Assembly: GCA_046582655.1 (NCBI GenBank)
Contig: JAYGDX010000288.1
Span: 1-16,773, forward strand
Length of the DNA stretch: 16,773 nt
From: Candidatus Poribacteria bacterium
GTDB lineage: Bacteria > Poribacteria > WGA-4E > UBA9662
Direction: 5' to 3'
The translations under genes were made by a program, and so were the position numbers. The stretch's first letter is position 1, and each line of letters begins with the position of its first letter. The notes under the pieces were generated by a model, which had not been told where the DNA came from, made no database searches, and worked only from the letters and a program-made list of their open reading frames with translations. Positions 11,140 through 16,773 of this stretch are shown here, piece after piece.

Positions 11140-11679
11140 TCGACCATTATTCTATATCACTTCGTCCTTCGTTACATGATTAACCCATACAATCCGAACG
11201 ACGTCGCCACGCTTTCTTGTTCTAAAAATAACCGTGCGAAATAGTCTATGTAATGGAGCTTTCAATACGAAAGACTTTATCCTCATCGGCTAAAATATGG
11301 CAGGATGAAGCTACAAACTATAAGAACTTACCAAATTTTCTATTGATTGATCAACTCGATTTTTCCTTCAGAGCATTAAAATAGCAAGGTATATATTTCA
11401 GTGTCAAGCAGTTTTTCTACTTTGTTAAACATTCTAAGGCATTTCAATATTAACAAGATAGCATGTTCAATCTCTAGAATATAGACTTCAGATACTACTG
11501 AATCAGGGCTGATAACAAACAGGAAAGAATATCCTGCCAGTCTACCCAAGAATCACAGTCTTTGGCCTTCAAAGCATGACACAAGCGTTGAACGAACTCG
11601 ATATCTTCACGCCAATAGGAGATGAATACGCCAGCCATATCAACTGCCCTTTGAAGCTCAAGTTTTGGATTAGCTTAAG

Positions 11680-11714
11680 CATTCTATCACGATTGCGGTT
11701 TCGAGGTAAAGCGG
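11680..11714 (-). promoter_or_regulatory. Repeated sigma70-type promoter, copy 3 (TTTACC-18-TAGAAT, extended -10)
   Basis: Plus strand CATTCTATCACGA-N13-GTAAAGCGG. It faces the DUF1553/DUF1501 operon about 540 nt away. Confidence 0.65.
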
Positions 11715-11763
11715 GTGGGGCAGTTTGAGTTTGTAATACAAGAAACAAACCCACCCACACCGA

Positions 11764-11842
11764 CTTGAAGTCTAGTTCAGACCAGCATGGATGGGTTGCG
11801 TGGCTTTGGTTTTAGACTCTAGCTGGAGAGTATTGCCGCGTT
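11764..11842 (+). repeat. Direct repeat, left copy, flanking the heparinase-like gene
   Basis: CTTGAAGTCTAGTTCAGACCAGCATGGATGGGT matches 13564-13596 at 29/33. Gapped similarity continues to GTT at 11840-11842. Confidence 0.85.
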
Positions 11843-11859
11843 GAAGTGAAGGGAGAAAT

Positions 11860-13568
11860 ATGAAGAATTGGCATCCACCGGCAGACGTATTCTGAACATA
11901 CCCGAACCAATAGTTCCCCCCGACGCTGGGCGGATCCAGCAAATCGGGACAACCCTTGATGCTGACTCAGGTGGCCCGGGCCAACCCATCTCAGTCCGAG
12001 AAACTTGGAGAACCCTGGCACAATTGAAGAGCTTTCAAGAGATGGTCTCAGCGGCCGTGGAAATAGAAGACGAAGCTATTCCGGAACTGACGGAGGCATC
12101 TATCTGGACTACGTTCGAACGGGCAAACAGACTGCGTACAACACATTCGAAAGAGACACTCGTCCCCGATTCGTAAAACTGGTATTGGCTGAGTGCATTG
12201 ATACTAAAGGTCGCTTCCTTAACGCTATTCATAGAATGATACAGGCCTTTTGCGCGGAGCGAACTTGGGTCCACTCCTTTCACGATCCCAAACTGAAGAA
12301 CTGGCGTGGGAAAGCCACGGAGATCGACTTGAGAGTGGCCTCCATTTCGTGGAGTCTTTCTACCGCATGCCACTTTTTGGGCGACAAGCTGGATGCTGGA
12401 ATCAGGAAACTGGTCCAGCAAGAATTGGAACGTCGGCTTTTCCAACCATTCTTGCTGATGCTGAACGGCCATCGGATAATGCTCAACCAATCAAAGTCGT
12501 TTTCCTGGCTGGAGCTCTGTCATAACTGGAATGCTTCCTGCCTAGGTGGCGTCGTAAGTGCCGCTCTTGGGATGATCAACTCGAAGGACGAACGAGCACG
12601 TTACATCGCCGCGGCCGAGCGTTATAGTGCCAATTTCCTTGCAGGATTTCTCGCAGACGGCTCCTGCTCAGAAGGAATCGGATATTGGAGTGGTGGATTT
12701 GGCCACTTCGTCATGCTCAGCGAAACCATATGGCAGGCCACTCATGGGGCTGTCGACTTATTCGCAGACAAGCACGTCAAATCAATCGCTCAATACGGTG
12801 CTCGGTTAGAAATCATGCCCAGAACCTATCCGACCTTTGCCGACTGCCAACCGTGGCTTACGAAGCTGGTTCGTAGATGTCAGCTTGTTTGTCGGACGCC
12901 CCTATCCTACCAAACTGCGAGCACTCGGTGTAGCCTTCAAAGGTGGTAACAACGCGGAGTTTCATAACCACAATGATCTGGGTAGCTTCGTCGTCGCTAT
13001 CAACGGTAAGCTCTTGTTAACAGATCCTGGCTCGGAGGAGTATACCTCCCGAACTTTCAGTGACCATCGTTATGACAGCAATCTACTCAATTCTTACGGA
13101 CACTCCGTTCCGATCGTGGCTGGCGCGCTCCAGCACACAGGGGCCGTTGCTCAAGCAACCGCTGTCCAGACCTCGTTCGATGACGAGCAGGACGTCGTTA
13201 CTTACGACCTTCGGTCGGCCTACGATGTGAAAGACTTAAAGAAACTCGAGCGCACCTTTCTCTTTTGCCGCTGTGGCTTGGGGCATCTCATGGTGAGCGA
13301 CGACGTCCAATTTCTCCAGCCCCAGTCGTTTGGTACAGCCCTAATCACAACTGCTCAGTGGTGGCAGGTGGATTCGGATTGTCTAATCATATCCAATGGG
13401 GAAGAGGTCTTGCAAGTAGAAGTACAAGTGGAAGGAAGCGAGTTCGAAATTGCATCGGAGAGAATCGAGGAAGAGGTCAGGACCGAAGAACATCCGATTA
13501 GAATCGGCATCAATCTGACAGCACCCATTGAATGCGCCGTTATCAAGATCATTGTCAAGCCTGCTTGA
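11860..13568 (+). pseudogene. Heparinase II/III-like (polysaccharide lyase family) protein, multiply frameshifted
   Basis: RBS AAGGGAG and ATG at 11860. Three ORFs (11868, 12005, 12837) give successive parts: IPELT/YLDYVRTG, LVLAEC...GRFL, HNWNASCLGG, DGSCSEGIGYW, PTFADC, KGGNNAEFHNHNDLGSF, DPGSEEY, SYGHSVP. Frameshifts occur near 11867, 12095 and 12850. Confidence 0.8.
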
Positions 13569-13702
13569 AATCTAATTCAGACTAGCATGGATGAGTCATG
13601 TGACTTTTGGGGCTCTCGCTGGAAGGAATGCAGTGTTACGCTGTTTGGGAAGATGTTCTTTTGCGCTGAAAAATTATCCGACGTAATGTATGTATCGCCG
13701 TG
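13564..13702 (+). repeat. Direct repeat right copy (13564-13637) fused to a GTTACGC module (13635-13702)
   Basis: Homologous to 11764-11842 and contains the gene's TGA stop (13566-13568). The module copy that follows stops just after the central GT of the palindrome. Confidence 0.85.
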
Positions 13703-13924
13703 CCAATTATGTCCAACTAGTTGGTATCTTTTTTTCTGACCTTCCCTATCCTTGTCCTGTAATTTGAATTGCCTTATAATGTTATCGTGTATGGAACTGT
13801 AGATGAGATGCGAACCTGGCTCGTTCATTTGAATATGTCTCCAGAGAGCTAGCCAAGACTGTAGAATCAAGCTTGATAAGACAATATTATATGTTCACTC
13901 AACTCAATAACAAGAGGTGGAGCG

Positions 13925-14779
13925 ATGATCTCGAATGAAGTGATGACAACTAAAATGGAGCAAATAATTCAGGATGGTTATTGCGTGATCGAAGAGATCC
14001 TCGACTCAAAAATGATTAAGAAATTGCGCCTTGTTAGTGACAGCATGATTGATCAGCAAGATGAAACGCACTTTATAGAGCATGCTTCCCAAGGATGCAT
14101 CATTAGTGTAACAAAACACCCTTTCATGGCAAAACTTATTGCCTACCCTCGAACCCTAAAAATCTTTACTGATCTTGGGTTCGATGATCCCAAATTCATG
14201 AGCGGTTACGTCATCAGTAAACCTCCAGAAGGTCCACCTCTGCGTTGGCATCAAGATGGATTCTGGTGGAACCATCCTGTGAGTTACACTGCTCAGACGC
14301 AGCAATGGTTCCTGATGTACTACCTGGTAGATACTACCCGCGAGAATGGCTGCTTGCGTGTCATACCTGGTTCTCACTTGAAGCGTCATGCTCTGCACGA
14401 ACATATCCCAGAATATGAAAATAACATTAAGCAATTCAATCGTGTAGAGGAGCTGAATCATCCACTTTTCCAAAAAGCGGAAGGCGAGGTTGATGTGCCA
14501 GTAAAAGCTGGTGACTTGGTGATTGGAGATGCCCGACTTTTCCATAGCGCATATAGTAACCAGTCCAAAGCATGGAGAACCGTTCTAACTTTATGGTACT
14601 GGCCTGATTTCAACGCCATGCCAGAACCGATTCGTGCCATGATTGGTTCTAACCGCCATCGGCCGGCTGAGTTGCCTGAATCCTGGCCACACCAGTTAAC
14701 TGACCCATTAACAACTGAGTATCAGGGAAATACAAAACCGCTAAAAAGCTCTCGGTTTCCTACACAGGAATTGAAGTAA
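13925..14779 (+). CDS. Phytanoyl-CoA dioxygenase (PhyH) family Fe(II)/2-oxoglutarate oxygenase
   Basis: DGYCVIEEIL, WHQD (HxD), ENGCLRVIPGSH, VKAGDLVI...LFHSAYSN, and a downstream Arg. RBS GAGGTGG upstream. Confidence 0.92.
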   Translation: MISNEVMTTKMEQIIQDGYCVIEEILDSKMIKKLRLVSDSMIDQQDETHFIEHASQGCIISVTKHPFMAKLIAYPRTLKIFTDLGFDDPKFMSGYVISKPPEGPPLRWHQDGFWWNHPVSYTAQTQQWFLMYYLVDTTRENGCLRVIPGSHLKRHALHEHIPEYENNIKQFNRVEELNHPLFQKAEGEVDVPVKAGDLVIGDARLFHSAYSNQSKAWRTVLTLWYWPDFNAMPEPIRAMIGSNRHRPAELPESWPHQLTDPLTTEYQGNTKPLKSSRFPTQELK

Positions 14780-15161
14780 GCCAGTATAAAGCGAAAACCA
14801 AATTCAGGTCCTTGGCCTGTTACGCCACATCCAGATTGTTATCTGATATAGTAGTCATGTGGCTAAAGCGACTGCCATCCACTCTTATTCTAGCTGTCTA
14901 TCCAGCTTAGCCTCTTCACCCACGAGTTACCCACTCCTTTCTTCTTAGGTAGACTAGTAAGATATTCCTTCTACCAATTGAGTAATAGCTCTTAAATCTT
15001 AATAATATTTCCGCTTTTTCGGCTCCCTAACCACCAAAAGGCCAAATACCAGTCCGTCAAATCAGGTCTATGGAATAATATCTAGAACCATTTTTATCGG
15101 CTTGGTCTGGTGCTGTCTTAGAGTGCCTGATTGCCTCTAGATGGGTAGCAGTGGATATTGA

Positions 15162-15521
15162 TTGGAGTCGCTATTGATTAACCCAAAAAAGGCACCGATT
15201 GGATCAATACTGGGTTTATGATCTTTAGGAATCTGTTCACCCTATGGTTGATGTGGATGCGTCAGGTCTTTCTCTGGTGGCCATTTCATCCGATTGGTTA
15301 CATGATGCTGTTGGTCTGAGCTTCCTTTCAACTTTGGCTCTCAATTTTTGGGTTAGGCGATGAAATTCGCTATCGTCAAATATGGTGGGTTACGGGCTTA
15401 CCGCCACGCGCACCTTGTCTTTCTCGGGCTAGTTTTGGGTGAGATAGTCCGTGTGGGATTATGAGCCATCATCGGCATAGCAACAGGCATCAGCACTGAC
15501 TATCGGATTATGCCAGGCTAA
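15162..15521 (+). pseudogene. C-terminal remnant of a DUF6784/DUF6785-like multi-pass membrane protein
   Basis: Not in the ORF track. Manual translation across frameshifts: ..GTDWINTGFMIF..WLMWMRQVFLWWPFHPIGYMMLLV*ASFQLWLSIF / LG*AMKFAIVKYGGLRAYRHAHLVFLGLVLGEIVRVGL*AIIGIATGISTDYRIMPG*. The family name comes from recalled motifs WWP.HP.GY, KYGG..YR and FLGL..GE. Confidence 0.7.
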
Positions 15522-15729
15522 ACTCGACTTCCATCTTATGGTCTTCAGAGATGAAAGAAAACTAGTTCCATGGAATAATCATACCTGGTGGCACCTTAAT
15601 TTAGGATATCTTCCCCTATTTCCTTGGCAACATGATCCCTGTAATATAGGTTGATGCTACAATTCAGCAGATCCAACCTACAGGTTGGATCGATAACCAA
15701 CAAGATTGGAAAAATAGGATAAACAAGCA

Positions 15730-16531
15730 ATGCGAAGAGTAATCAACTATTGGCGGTTAGTCTCTATGTTGACGTTGCCAATTTTAATTCTATTCCCATT
15801 ATTGTCACCAGCCGCTGGCCCAGGTGCTCAAGAAGATAAATTGGTCGGGCACTGGACATTTGAGAAAGGCTCAGAACTGAAGGATCTGATGGGTAACTTT
15901 GCTGATATAACACTCAACGGGGCAAAAGTCAAAGACGGGAAATTAGACGTCGACCAAGGTAAGTGGGCAATCGCCACGCCATATACAGGTCCGGATATTC
16001 TCTAAGACATTGGTTTCGTGGGCCTCCTTAGACAGCCTTAAGGTACAGAAAGGCTCCATATTAACCATAGACCGACTCTCCGATCCCACTTTTGACGCCA
16101 TTGTCTTTGGGGAACGGCAGCCTCAGCGTTGGATGGCCGGTAGCGGCTGGTTTCACCGCACCGAGGATCCAAAACCTGGGTTTGAAGAAAAGAAAGAGGG
16201 GCAAATGGCTCAGCTGGCCATCTCCTATAAGAAAATAGGGGGTGGTGAAGGAACTGCGCATGTCGTGATATACCATAACGGAGTAAAAATCGGAGACTAC
16301 AAAAAAGGTATATTCCCGGTCTTTGCGAAAGACGATGCGGAGGCAATTTTGGGCAAACGCCACGGCGGCGTCAATGGTGGGCCTGGTGATCTGGACGCTA
16401 AAATCGAAGATGCCAGAATCTACGCCAAAGTTCTGGATCAGGACGAGATTAAAAGTTTGCGTCCGGACACACTTGACATAGAAGCAGCTGGTAAACTGGC
16501 AACGGCCCGGGCAGCGATTAAAATCAGGTAA
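15730..16531 (+). pseudogene. Secreted LamG-like jellyroll protein, frameshifted near 16000
   Basis: Signal peptide, LVGHWTFE, frameshift GPDIL / KTLVSW, VIYHNGVKI, IEDARIYAKVLDQDEIKSL, and C-terminal tail DIEAAGKLATARAAIK. A single frameshift could also be an assembly error. Confidence 0.75.
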
Positions 16532-16555
16532 TTTCGTTCTCTGATCATCGAGAGG

Positions 16556-16586
16556 AAAATCATCCCGCCTGGTGAGGGATTTTTAT
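16556..16586 (+). terminator. Weak candidate terminator after the LamG gene
   Basis: ATCCC-9nt-GGGAT followed by TTTTAT. Confidence 0.3.
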
Positions 16587-16773
16587 CCCCCTGCCGAACC
16601 TATTGCCAGCAGAATGATGATATCTGATTGCCATTAAGGAGAAAGTGTGGGCCAAACACCGATTCTACCAATGTAACCCCCCTTAGCTGTCCCTCCGCCG
16701 TGGGCAATCGAACTTGAGTCTGAACAACAGATTTTCGGATTTAGCTATTAAAGATGGTAAGAAACGAATTGGC

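Noticed and set aside
11764..13641. Canonical integron attC sites
   Set aside because: There is no RYYYAAC complementary to the GTT box and no clear L-box stem, and no intI is in the window. It is kept only as an analogy.
14819..14826. GTTACGCC 40 nt after the PhyH stop as a fifth module copy
   Set aside because: The match is only 8 nt with no convincing downstream similarity, so it may be chance.
16600..16773. Possible gene end at the right edge
   Set aside because: The minus-strand frames contain stops and no recognisable motif was found.

Overview
Bacterial accessory or genomic-island-like region. The lineage is probably Candidatus Poribacteria or a similar planctomycete-like gene pool, inferred from a LamG protein with a degenerate 'GKLATTW..IK'-type tail, PhyH, a DUF1501 + DUF1549/DUF1553 pair and a DUF6784-like remnant. 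It is a mosaic of unrelated one- or two-gene cargo blocks. Four genes look intact: a DoxX-SpoIIE phosphatase, DUF1501, a DUF1549/1553 cytochrome c protein and PhyH. Six look disrupted: a Tat metallophosphoesterase hit by an IS5-family element, a GH29-like glycosidase, an APH/choline-kinase-like gene, a heparinase II/III-like gene, a DUF6784-like fragment and the LamG gene. The spacers carry a recurring set of non-coding modules: (i) copies of a tRNA-Glu-like 3' end (1233, 3699/3826, 7018); (ii) a ~70-bp module starting GTTACGC and usually ending in a palindrome with a central GT (3852, 6835, 7056, 13635); (iii) a conserved sigma70-type promoter facing the minus strand (1001, 6673, 11680); (iv) a ~75-bp direct repeat that brackets the heparinase-like gene like a cassette. 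No integrase is in the window. The best hypothesis is a tRNA-anchored, recombinase-built cassette array. The repeats are directly visible; the mechanism is inference.
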